From positions 21,965,317-22,029,316 of the forward strand of contig NC_092671.1 in NCBI RefSeq assembly GCF_964355755.1: DNA of 64,000 nt. Direction: 5' to 3'. Origin of the DNA: Antedon mediterranea. Lineage: Eukaryota; Animalia; Echinodermata. Position numbers and translations under genes: made by a program. Of the stretch, positions 1-13,400 are shown one piece after another (positions within the stretch are counted from its first letter, which is position 1; every line of letters starts with the position of its first letter). Under the pieces are notes generated by a model that saw only the letters and a list, made by a program, of their open reading frames with translations, did no database searches and had not been told where the DNA came from.

Positions 1-1613
1 TTTCGAAAATCACAAATTGGTCTAAAATGTCTCCAAATGCGATTTGAAGCTATTCTGTACACTTTGGTGTTTTATGTTAACAAGTTTTTTCGAAAATCAC
101 AAAATGTTCTAAAACGTTTCCAAATACGATATTAAGCTATTTTGTGCTCTTTGATGTTTTTGTGTAAAAAATTTTATCGATATGCTCAAAATGGTCTAAA
201 ACGGTTTATAATGTGATTTTAAGCACTTTGATGTTTTTGCGTAACCAAGTTTCATCGAAATGCTCAAAATGGTCTAAAACGTTTTTAAATACGATATTAA
301 CCTATTTTATGCTCTTTGATGTTTTTGTGTGAAAAGTGTTATCGAAATGCTCAAAATGGTCTAACACGGTTTTATAATGTGATTTTAAGCACTTTGATGT
401 TTTTGTGTAACCAAGTTTTTTCGAAAATCACAAATTGGTCTAAAATGTCTCCAAATGCGATTTGAAGCTATTCTTAGCACTTTGGTGTTTTTATGTTAAC
501 AAGTTTTTTCGAAAATCACAAATTGGTCTAAAATGTCTCCAAATGCGATTTGAAGCTATTCTGTACACTTTGGTGTTTTATGTTAACAAGTTTTTTCGAA
601 AATCACAAAATGTTCTAAAACGTTTCCAAATACGATATTAAGCTATTTTGTGCTCTTTGATGTTTTTGTGTAAAAAATTTTATCGATATGCTCAAAATGG
701 TCTAAAACGGTTTATAATGTGATTTTAACCACTTTGATGTTTTTGTGTAACCAAGTTTTTTCGAAAATCACTAATTGGTCTAAAATGTCTCCAAATGCGA
801 TTTGAAGCTATTCTTAGCCCTTTGATGTTTTTATGTTAACAAGTTTTTTCGAAAATCACAAAATGGTCTAAAACGTCTCCAAATGCGATTTGAAGCTATT
901 CTAAGCACTTTGGTGTTTTGTGTGAAAAAGTTTTTTCGAATTGCTCAAAATGGTCTAAAACGTTTTTAAATACGATATTAAGCTATATTGTGCTCTTTGA
1001 TGTTTTTGTGTGAAAAGTGTTATCGATATGCTCAAAATGGTCTAAAACGGTTTATAATGTGATTTTAAGCACTTTGATGTTTTTGCGTAACCAAGTTTCA
1101 TCGAAATGCACAAAATGGTCTAAAACGTCTCCAAATGCGATTTGAAGCTATTCTAATCACTTTGGTGTTTTTGTGTTAACAAGTTTTTTCGAAAATCACA
1201 AAATGGTATAAAACGTCTACAAATGCGATTTGAAGCTATTCTAAACATTTTGGTGTTTTTATGTTAACAAGTTTTTTCGAAAATAACAAAATGGTCTAAA
1301 ACGTCTCCTAATGCGATTTGAAGCTATTCTAAGCACTTTGGTGTTTTTATGTTAACAAGTTTTTTCGAAAATCACAAAATGGTCTAAAACGTCTCCAAAT
1401 GCGATTTGAAGCTAATCTGTACACTTTGATGTTTTTATGTTAACAAGTTTTTTCGAAAATCACAAAATGGTCTAAAACGTCTCCAAATGCGATTTGAAGG
1501 TATTCTAAGCACTTTGGTGTTTTGTGTGAAAAAGTTTTGTCGAAAATCACAAAATGGTCTAAAACGTCTCCAAATGCGATTTGAAGCTATTCTAAGCACT
1601 TTGGTGTTTTGTG
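1..1613 (-). repeat. Satellite array (88-bp monomer family), inverted orientation
   Basis: Reverse complement of the monomer seen in the rest of the window (e.g. ctaaaacgtctccaaatgcgatttgaagctattctaagcactttggtg). It is collinear with the reverse complement of 33701-35313 and continues beyond the window start. Confidence 0.97.
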
Positions 1614-4600
1614 ATTTTCGAAAAAACTTGTTAATATAAAAACACCAAAGTACTTAGAATAGCTTCAAATCGCATTTGGAGACGTTGTAGACCATTTTGT
1701 GATTTTCGAAAAAACTTGTTAACATAAAAACACCAAAGTTTACAGAATAGCTTAAAATCGCATTTGGAGACGTTTTAGACAATTTTGTGCATTTCGATGA
1801 AACTTGGTTACACAAAAACATCAAAGTGCTTAAAATCACATTATAAACCGTTTTAGACCATTTGAGCATTTCCATAACACTTTTCACACAAAAACATCAA
1901 AGGGCACAATATAGCTTAATATCCTATTTAAAAACGTTTTAGACCATTTTGAGCATTTCGACAAAACTTTTTCACACAAAACACCAAAGTGCTTAGAATA
2001 CCTTCAAATCGCATTTGGAGACGTTTTAGACCATTTTGTGATTTTCGAAAAAACTTAACATAAAAACATCAAAGTTTACAGAATAGCTTCAAATCGCATT
2101 TGGAGACGTTTTAGACAATTTTGTGATTTTCGAAAAAACTTGTTAACATAAAAACACCAAAGTGCTTAGAATAGCTTCAAATCGCATTGGGAGACGTTTT
2201 AGACCATTTTGTGATTTTCGAAAAAACTTGTTAACATAAAAACATCAAAGTGTACAGAATAGCTTCAAATCGCATTTGGAGACGTTTTAGACCATTTTGT
2301 GATTTTCGAAAAAACTTGTTAACATAAAAACACCAAAGTGCTTAGAATAGCTTCAAATCGCATTTGGAGACGTTTTAAACCATTTTGTGATTTTCGAAAA
2401 AACTTGTTAACATAAAAACACCAAAATGTTTAGAATAGCTTCAAATCGCATTTGGAGACGTTTTAGACCATTTTGTGATTTTCGAAAAAACTTGTTAACA
2501 CAAAAACACCAAAGTGATTAGAATAGCTTCAAATCGCATTTGGAGACGTTTTAGACCATGTTGTGATTTTCGAAAAAACTTGTTAACATAAAAACACCAA
2601 AGTGATTAGAATAGCTTCAAATCGCATTTGGAGAGGTTTTAGACCATTTTGTGCATTTCGATGAAACTTGGTTACGCAAAAACATCAAAGTGCTTAAAAT
2701 CACATTATAAACCGTTTTAGACCATTTTGAGCATATCGATAACACTTTTTACACAAAACACCAAAGTGCTTAGAATAGCTTCAAATCGCATTTGGAGACG
2801 TTTTAGACCATTTTGTGATTTTCCACAAAACTTTTTCACACAAAACACCAAAGTGCTTAGAATACCTTCAAATCGCATTTGGAGACGTTTTAGACCATTT
2901 TGTGATTTTCGAAAAAACTTGTTAACATAAAAACATCAAAGTGTACAGAATAGCTTCAAATCGCATTTGGAGACGTTTTAGACCATTTTGTGATTTTCGA
3001 AAAAACTTGTTAACATAAAAACACCAAAGTGCTTAGAATAGCTTCAAATCGCATTAGGAGACGTTTTAGACCATTTTGTGATTTTCGAAAAAACTTGTTA
3101 ACATAAAAACACCAAAGTGCTTAGAATAGCTTCAAATCGCATTTGGAGACGTTTTAGACCATTTTGTGATTTTCGAAAAAACTTGTTAACATAAAAACAC
3201 CAAAATGTTTAGAATAGCTTCAAATCACATTTGGAGACGTTTTAGACCATTTTGTGATTTTCGAAAAAACTTGTTAACACAAAAACACCAAAGTGATTAG
3301 AATAGCTTCAAATCGCATTTGGAGACGTTTTAGACCAATTTTTGCATTTCGATGAAACTTGGTTACGCAAAAACATCAAAGTGCTTAAAATCACATTATA
3401 AACCGTTTTAGACCATTTTGAGCATATCGATAACACTTTTCACACAAAAACATCAAAGAGCACAATATAGCTTAATATCTTATTTAAAAACGTTTTAGAC
3501 CATTTTGAGCATTTCGACAAAACTTTTTCACACAAAACACCAAAGTGCTTAGAATAGCTTCAAATCGCATTTGGAGACGTTTTAGACCATTTTGTGATTT
3601 TCGAAAAAACTTTTTCACACAAAACACCAAAGTGCTTAGAATACCTTCAAATCGCATTTGGAGACGTTTTAGACCATTTTGTGATTTTCGAAAAAACTTG
3701 TTAACATAAAAACATCAAAGTGTACAGAATAGCTTCAAATCGCATTTGGAGACGTTTTAGACCATTTTGTGATTTTCGAAAAAACTTGTTAACATAAAAA
3801 CACCAAAGTGCTTAGAATAGCTTCAAATCGCATTAGGAGACGTTTTAGACCATTTTGTGATTTTCGAAAAAACTTGTTAACACAAAAACACCAAAGTGCT
3901 TAGAATAGCTTCAAATCGCATTTGGAGACGTTTTAGACCATTTTGTGATTTTCGAAAAAACTTGTTAACATTAAAACACCAAAATGTTTAGAATAGCTTC
4001 AAATCGCATTTGGAGACGTTTTAGACCATTTTGTGATTTTCGAAAAAACTTGTTAACACAAAAACACCAAAGTGATTAGAATAGCTTCAAATCGCATTTG
4101 GAGACGTTTTAGACCATTTTGTGCATTTCGATGAAACTTGGTTACGGAAAAACATCAAAGTGCTTAAAATCACATTATAAACCGTTTTAGACCATTTTGA
4201 GCATATCGATAACACTTTTCACACAAAAACATCAAAGAGCACAATATAGCTTAATATCGTATTTAAAAACGTTTTAGACCATTTTGAGCATTTCGACAAA
4301 ACTTTTTCACACAAAACACCAAAGTGCTTAGAATAGCTTCAAATCGCATTTGGAGACGTTTTAGACCATTTTGTGATTTTCGAAAAAACTTGTTAACATA
4401 AAAACATCAAAGGGCTAAGAATAGCTTCAAATCGCATTTGGAGACATTTTAGACCAATTAGTGATTTTCGAAAAAACTTGGTTACACAAAAACATCAAAG
4501 TGGTTAAAATCACATTATAAACCGTTTTAGACCATTTTGAGCATTTCGATAACACTTTTTACACAAAAACATCGAAGTGCTTAGAATAGCTTCAAATCGC

Positions 4601-7600
4601 ATTTGGAGACGTTTTAGACCATTTTGTGATTTTCGAAAAAAACTTTTTAACATAAAAACACCAAACTGCTAAGAATAGCTTCAAATCGCATATGGAGACA
4701 ATTTAGACCATTTTGTGATTTTCGAAAAAACTTGTTAACATAAAAACACCAAAGTGCTTAGAATACCTTCAAATCGCATTTGGAGACATTTTAGACCATT
4801 TTGTGATTTTCGAAAAAACTTGTTAACATAAAAACATCAAAGTGCTAAGAATAGCTTCCAATCGCATTTGGAGACGTTTTAGACTATTTTGTGATTTTCG
4901 AAAACAACTTGTTAACATAAAAACACCAAAGTGCTTAGAATAGCTTCAAATCGCATTTGGAGACGTTTTAGACCAATTTGTGATTTTCGAAAAAACTTGG
5001 TTACACAAAAACATCAAAGTGGATAAAATCACATTATAAACCGTTTTAGACCATTTTGAGCATTTCGATAACACATTTCACACAAAAACATCAAAGAGCA
5101 CAAAATAGCTTAATATCGTATTTAAAAACGTTTTAAACCATTTTGAGCATTTCGACAAAACTTTTTCACACAAAACACCAAAGTGTACAGAATAGCTTCA
5201 AATCGCATTTGGAGACGTTTTAGACCATTTTGTGATTTTCGAAAAAACTTGTTAATATAAAAACACCAAAGTACTTAGAATAGCTTCAAATCGCATTTGG
5301 AGACGTTGTAGACCATTTTGTGATTTTCGAAAAAACTTGTTAACATAAAAACACCAAAGTTTACAGAATAGCTTCAAATCGCATTTGGAGACGTTTTAGA
5401 CAATTTTGTGCATTTCGATGAAACTTGGTTACACAAAAACATCAAAGTGCTTAAAATCACATTATAAACCGTTTTAGACCATTTGAGCATTTCCATAACA
5501 CTTTTCACACAAAAACATCAAAGGGCACAATATAGCTTAATATCCTATTTAAAAACGTTTTAGACCATTTTGAGCATTTCGACAAAACTTTTTCACACAA
5601 AACACCAAAGTGCTTAGAATACCTTCAAATCGCATTTGGAGACGTTTTAGACCATTTTGTGATTTTCGAAAAAACTTAACATAAAAACATCAAAGTTTAC
5701 AGAATAGCTTCAAATCGCATTTGGAGACGTTTTAAACCATTTTGTGATTTTCGAAAAAACTTGTTAACATAAAAACACCAAAATGTTTAGAATAGCTTCA
5801 AATCGCATTTGGAGACGTTTTAGACCATTTTGTGATTTTCGAAAAAACTTGTTAACACAAAAACACCAAAGTGATTAGAATAGCTTCAAATCGCATTTGG
5901 AGACGTTTTAGACCATTTTGTGATTTTCGAAAAAACTTGTTAACATAAAAACACCAAAGTGATTAGAATAGCTTCAAATCGCATTTGGAGACGTTTTAGA
6001 CCATTTTGTGCATTTCGATGAAACTTGGTTACGCAAAAACATCAAAGTGCTTAAAATCACATTATAAACCGTTTTAGACCATTTTGAGCATATCGATAAC
6101 ACTTTTTACACAAAACGCCAAAGTGCTTAGAATAGCTTCAAATCGCATTTGGAGACGTTTTAGACCATTTTGTGATTTTCGACAAAACTTTTTCACACAA
6201 AACACCAAAGTGCTTAGAATACCTTCAAATCGCATTTGGAGACGTTTTAGACCATTTTGTGATTTTCGAAAAAACTTGTTAACATAAAAACATCAAAGTG
6301 TACAGAATAGCTTCAAATCGCATTTGGAGACGTTTTAGACCATTTTGTGATTTTCGAAAAAACTTGTTAACATAAAAACACCAAAGTGCTTAGAATAGCT
6401 TCAAATCGCATTAGGAGACGTTTTAGACCATTTTGTGATTTTCGAAAAAACTTGTTAACATAAAAACACCAAAGTGCTTAGAATAGCTTCAAATCGCATT
6501 TGGAGACGTTTTAGACCATTTTGTGATTTTCGAAAAAACTTGTTAACATAAAAACACCAAAGTTCTTAAAATAGCTTCAAATCGCATTTGGAGACGTTTT
6601 AGACCATTTTGTGATTTTCGAAAAAACTTGTTAACATAAAAACACCAAAGTGTTTAGAAAAGCTTCAAATCGCATTTGGAGACGTTTTAGACCATTTTGG
6701 GATTTTTGAAAAAATTTGTTAACATAAAAACACCAAAGTGCTTAGAATAGCTTCAAATCGCATTTGGAGACGTTTTAGACCATTTTGTAATTTTCAAAAA
6801 AACTTGTTAACATAAAAACACCAAAGTTCTTAGAATAGCTTCAAATCGCATTTGGAGACGTTTTAGACCATTTTGTGCATTTCGATGAAACTTGGTTACA
6901 CAAAAACATCAAAGTGCTTAAAATCACGTTATAAACCGTTTTAGACCATTTGAGCATTTCGATAACACTTTTCACACAAAAACATCAAAGGGCACAATAT
7001 AGCTTAATATCCTATTTAAAAACGTTTTAGACCATTTTGAGCATTTCGACAAAACTTTTTCACACAAAACACCAAAGTGCTTAGAATACCTTCAAATCGC
7101 ATTTGGAGACGTTTTAGACAATTTTGTGATTTTCGAAAAAACTTGTTAACATAAAAACATCAAAGTTTACAGAATAGCTTCAAATCGCTTTTGGAGACGT
7201 TTTAGACAATTTTGTGATTTTCGAAAAAACTTGTTAACATAAAAACACCAAAGTGCTTAGAATAGCTTCAAATCGCATTGGGAGACGTTTTAGACCATTT
7301 TGTGATTTTCGAAAAAACTTGTTAACATAAAAACATCAAAGTGTACAGAATAGCTTCAAATCGCATTTGGAGACGTTTTAGACCATTTTGTGATTTTCGA
7401 AAAAACTTGTTAACATAAAAACACCAAAGTGTTTAGAAAAGCTTCAAATCGCATTTGGAGACGTTTTAGACCATTTTGGGATTTTTGAAAAAACATGATA
7501 ACATAAAAACACCAAAGTGCTTAGAATAGCTTCAAATCGCATTTGGAGACGTTTTAGACCATTTTGTAATTTTCAAAAAAACTTGTTAACATAAAAACAC

Positions 7601-9239
7601 CAAAGTTCTTAGAATAGCTTCAAATCGCATTTGGAGACGTTTTAGACCATTTTGTGCATTTCGATGAAACTTGGTTACACAAAAACATCAAAGTGCTTAA
7701 AATCACGTTATAAACCGTTTTAGACCATTTGAGCATTTCGATAACACTTTTCACACAAAAACATCAAAGGGCACAATATAGCTTAATATCCTATTTAAAA
7801 ACGTTTTAGACCATTTTGAGCATTTCGACAAAACTTTTTCACACAAAACACCAAAGTGCTTAGAATACCTTCAAATCGCATTTGGAGACGTTTTAGACAA
7901 TTTTGTGATTTTCGAAAAAACTTGTTAACATAAAAACATCAAAGTTTACAGAATAGCTTCAAATCGCTTTTGGAGACGTTTTAGACAATTTTGTGATTTT
8001 CGAAAAAACTTGTTAACATAAAAACACCAAAGTGCTTAGAATAGCTTCAAATCGCATTGGGAGACGTTTTAGACCATTTTGTGATTTTCGAAAAAACTTG
8101 TTAACATAAAAACATCAAAGTGTACAGAATAGCTTCAAATCGCATTTGGAGACGTTTTAGACCATTTTGTGATTTTCGAAAAAACTTGTTAACATAAAAA
8201 CACCAAAGTGCTTAGAATAGCTTCAAATCGCATTTGGAGACGTTTTAAACCATTTTGTGATTTTCGAAAAAACTTGTTAACATAAAAACACCAAAATGTT
8301 TAGAATAGCTTCAAATCGCATTTGGAGACGTTTTAGACCATTTTGTGATTTTCGAAAAAACTTGTTAACACAAAAACACCAAAGTGATTAGAATAGCTTC
8401 AAATCGCATTTGGAGACGTTTTAGACCATTTTGTGATTTTCGAAAAAACTTGTTAACATAAAAACACCAAAGTGATTAGAATAGCTTCAAATCGCATTTG
8501 GAGACGTTTTAGAACATTTTGTGCATTTCGATGAAACTTGGTTACGCAAAAACATCAAAGTGCTTAAAATCACATTATAAACCGTTTTAGACCATTTTGA
8601 GCATATCGATAACACTTTTTACACAAAACACCAAAGTGCTTAGAATAGCTTCAAATCGCATTTGGAGACGTTTTAGACCATTTTGTGATTTTCGACAAAA
8701 CTTTTTCACACAAAACACCAAAGTGCTTAGAATACCTTCAAATCGCATTTGGAGACGTTTTAGACCATTTTGTGATTTTCGAAAAAACTTGTTAACATAA
8801 AAACATCAAAGTGTACAGAATAGCTTCAAATCGCATTTGGAGACGTTTTAGACCATTTTGTGATTTTCGAAAAAACTTGTTAACATAAAAACACCAAAGT
8901 GCTTAGAATAGCTTCAAATCGCATTAGGAGACGTTTTAGACCATTTTGTGATTTTCGAAAAAACTTGTTAACATAAAAACACCAAAGTGCTTAGAATAGC
9001 TTCAAATCGCATTTGGAGACGTTTTAGACCATTTTGTGATTTTCGAAAAAACTTGTTAACATAAAAACACCAAAATGTTTAGAATAGCTTCAAATCGCAT
9101 TTGGAGACGTTTTAGACCATTTTGTGATTTTCGAAAAAACTTGTTAACACAAAAACACCAAAGTGATTAGAATAGCTTCAAATCGCATTTGGAGACGTTT
9201 TAGACCATTTTGTGCATTTCGATGAAACTTGGTTACGGA

Positions 9240-12200
9240 AAAACATCAAAGTGCTTAAAATCACATTATAAACCGTTTTAGACCATTTTGAGCATATCGA
9301 TAACACTTTTCACACAAAAACATCAAAGAGCACAATATAGCTTAATATCGTATTTAAAAACGTTTTAGACCATTTTGAGCATTTCGACAAAACTTTTTCA
9401 CACAAAACACCAAAGTGCTTAGAATAGCTTCAAATCGCATTTGGAGACGTTTTAGACCATTTTGTGATTTTCGAAAAAACTTGTTAACATAAAAACATCA
9501 AAGGGCTAAGAATAGCTTCAAATCGCATTTGGAGACATTTTAGACCAATTAGTGATTTTCGAAAAAACTTGGTTACACAAAAACATCAAAGTGGTTAAAA
9601 TCACATTATAAACCGTTTTAGACCATTTTGAGCATTTCGATAACACTTTTTACACAAAAACATCAAAGTGCTTAGAATAGCTTCAAATCGCATTTGGAGA
9701 CGTTTTAGACCATTTTGTGATTTTCGAAAAAAACTTTTTAACATAAAAACACCAAACTGCTAAGAATAGCTTCAAATCGCATATGGAGACAATTTAGACC
9801 ATTTTGTGATTTTCGAAAAAACTTGTTAACATAAAAACACCAAAGTGCTTAGAATACCTTCAAATCGCATTTGGAGACGTTTTAGACCATTTTGTGATTT
9901 TCCAAAAAACTTGTTAACATAAAAACATCAAAGTGTACAGAATAGCTTCAAATCGCATTTGGAGACGTTTTAGACCATTTTGTGATTTTCGAAAAAACTT
10001 GTTAACATAAAAACACCAAAGTGCTTAGAATAGCTTCAAATCGCATTTGGAGACGTTTTAGACCATTTTGTGATTTTCGAAAAAACTTGTTAACATAAAA
10101 ACACCAAAGTGCTTAGAATAGCTTCAAATCGCATTTGGAGACGTTTTAGACCATTTTGTGATTTTCGAAAAAACTTGTTAACATAAAAACACCAAAATGT
10201 TTAGAATAGCTTCAAATCACATTTGGAGACGTTTTAGACCATTTTGTGATTTTCGAAAAAACTTGTTAACACAAAAACACCAAAGTGATTAGAATAGCTT
10301 CAAATCGCATTTGGAGACGTTTTAGACCAATTTGTGCATTTCGATGAAACTTGGTTACGCAAAAACATCAAAGTGCTTAAAATCACATTATAAACCGTTT
10401 TAGACCATTTTGAGCATATCGATAACACTTTTCACACAAAAACATCAAAGAGCACAATATAGCTTAATATCTTATTTAAAAACGTTTTAGACCATTTTGA
10501 GCATTTCGACAAAACTTTTTCACACAAAACACCAAAGTGCTTAGAATAGCTTCAAATCGCATTTGGAGACGTTTTAGACCATTTTGTGATTTTCGAAAAA
10601 ACTTGTTAACATAAAAACATCAAAGTGCTAAGAATAGCTTCAAATCGCATTTGGAGACATTTTAGACCAATTAGTGATTTTCGAAAAAACTTGGTTACAC
10701 AAAAACATCAAAGTGGTTAAAATCACATTATAAACCGTTTTAGACCATTTTGAGCATTTCGATAACACTTTTCACACAAAAACATCAAAGTGCTTAGAAT
10801 AGCTTCAAATCGCATTTGGAGACGTTTTAGACCATTTTGTGATTTTCGAAAAAAACTTTTTAACATAAAAACACCAAACTGCTAAGAATAGCTTCAAATC
10901 GCATATGGAGACAATTTAGACCATTTTGTGATTTTCGAAAAAACTTGTTAACATAAAAACACCAAAGTGCTTAGAATACCTTCAAATCGCATTTGGAGAC
11001 ATTTTAGACCATTTTGTGATTTTCGAAAAAACTTGTTAACATAAAAACATCAAAGTGTACAGAATAGCTTCAAATCGCATTTGGAGACGTTTTAGACCAT
11101 TTTGTGATTTTCGAAAAAACTTGTTAACATAAAAACACCAAAGTGCTTAGAATAGCTTCAAATCGCATTAGGAGACGTTTTAGACCATTTTGTGATTTTC
11201 GAAAAAACTTGTTAACACAAAAACACCAAAGTGCTTAGAATAGCTTCAAATCGCATTTGGAGACGTTTTAGACCATTTTGTGATTTTCGAAAAAACTTGT
11301 TAACATTAAAACACCAAAATGTTTAGAATAGCTTCAAATCGCATTTGGAGACGTTTTAGACCATTTTGTGATTTTCGAAAAAACTTGTTAACACAAAAAC
11401 ACCAAAGTGATTAGAATAGCTTCAAATCGCATTTGGAGACGTTTTAGACCATTTTGTGCATTTCGATGAAACTTGGTTACGGAAAAACATCAAAGTGCTT
11501 AAAATCACATTATAAACCGTTTTAGACCATTTTGAGCATATCGATAACACTTTTCACACAAAAACATCAAAGAGCACAATATAGCTTAATATCGTATTTA
11601 AAAACGTTTTAGACCATTTTGAGCATTTCGACAAAACTTTTTCACACAAAACACCAAAGTGCTTAGAATAGCTTCAAATCGCATTTGGAGACGTTTTAGA
11701 CCATTTTGTGATTTTCGAAAAAACTTGTTAACATAAAAACATCAAAGGGCTAAGAATAGCTTCAAATCGCATTTGGAGACATTTTAGACCAATTAGTGAT
11801 TTTCGAAAAAACTTGGTTACACAAAAACATCAAAGTGGTTAAAATCACATTATAAACCGTTTTAGACCATTTTGAGCATTTCGATAACACTTTTTACACA
11901 AAAACATCAAAGTGCTTAGAATAGCTTCAAATCGCATTTGGAGACGTTTTAGACCATTTTGTGATTTTCGAAAAAAACTTTTTAACATAAAAACACCAAA
12001 CTGCTAAGAATAGCTTCAAATCGCATATGGAGACAATTTAGACCATTTTGTGATTTTCGAAAAAACTTGTTAACATAAAAACACCAAAGTGCTTAGAATA
12101 CCTTCAAATCGCATTTGGAGACGTTTTAGACCATTTTGTGATTTTCCAAAAAACTTGTTAACATAAAAACATCAAAGTGTACAGAATAGCTTCAAATCGC

Positions 12201-13400
12201 ATTTGGAGACGTTTTAGACCATTTTGTGATTTTCGAAAAAACTTGTTAACATAAAAACACCAAAGTGCTTAGAATAGCTTCAAATCGCATTTGGAGACGT
12301 TTTAGACCATTTTGTGATTTTCGAAAAAACTTGTTAACATAAAAACACCAAAGTGCTTAGAATAGCTTCAAATCGCATTTGGAGACGTTTTAGACCATTT
12401 TGTGATTTTCGAAAAAACTTGTTAACATAAAAACACCAAAATGTTTAGAATAGCTTCAAATCACATTTGGAGACGTTTTAGACCATTTTGTGATTTTCGA
12501 AAAAACTTGTTAACACAAAAACACCAAAGTGATTAGAATAGCTTCAAATCGCATTTGGAGACGTTTTAGACCAATTTGTGCATTTCGATGAAACTTGGTT
12601 ACGCAAAAACATCAAAGTGCTTAAAATCACATTATAAACCGTTTTAGACCATTTTGAGCATATCGATAACACTTTTCACACAAAAACATCAAAGAGCACA
12701 ATATAGCTTAATATCTTATTTAAAAACGTTTTAGACCATTTTGAGCATTTCGACAAAACTTTTTCACACAAAACACCAAAGTGCTTAGAATAGCTTCAAA
12801 TCGCATTTGGAGACGTTTTAGACCATTTTGTGATTTTCGAAAAAACTTGTTAACATAAAAACATCAAAGTGCTAAGAATAGCTTCAAATCGCATTTGGAG
12901 ACATTTTAGACCAATTAGTGATTTTCGAAAAAACTTGGTTACACAAAAACATCAAAGTGGTTAAAATCACATTATAAACCGTTTTAGACCATTTTGAGCA
13001 TTTCGATAACACTTTTCACACAAAAACATCAAAGTGCTTAGAATAGCTTCAAATCGCATTTGGAGACGTTTTAGACCATTTTGTGATTTTCGAAAAAAAC
13101 TTTTTAACATAAAAACACCAAACTGCTAAGAATAGCTTCAAATCGCATATGGAGACAATTTAGACCATTTTGTGATTTTCGAAAAAACTTGTTAACATAA
13201 AAACACCAAAGTGCTTAGAATACCTTCAAATCGCATTTGGAGACATTTTAGACCATTTTGTGATTTTCGAAAAAACTTGTTAACATAAAAACATCAAAGT
13301 GCTAAGAATAGCTTCCAATCGCATTTGGAGACGTTTTAGACCATTTTGTGATTTTCAAAAACAACTTGTTAACATAAAAACACCAAAGTGCTTAGAATAG
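9240..13400 (+). repeat. 1122-bp higher-order repeat (~13 monomers)
   Basis: Diagnostic variant gcatatggagacaattt recurs at 9779, 10901, 12023 and 13145 (exactly 1122 apart). 11x88+2x77=1122. Block limits are approximate. Confidence 0.85.

Noticed and set aside
2301-2320. CENP-B box-like TTCG motif in the monomer (ttttcgaaaaaacttg)
   Set aside because: It has TTCG and the A but lacks the required CGGG half of TTCGNNNNANNCGGG.
2727-2930. Recurrent 67-aa ORF 'MSISITLFTQNTK...' (13 copies) and 77-aa minus-strand ORF (2 copies)
   Set aside because: Chance stop-free translations of adjacent satellite monomers. The 67-aa ORF starts at TTG and its peptide simply repeats the monomer.
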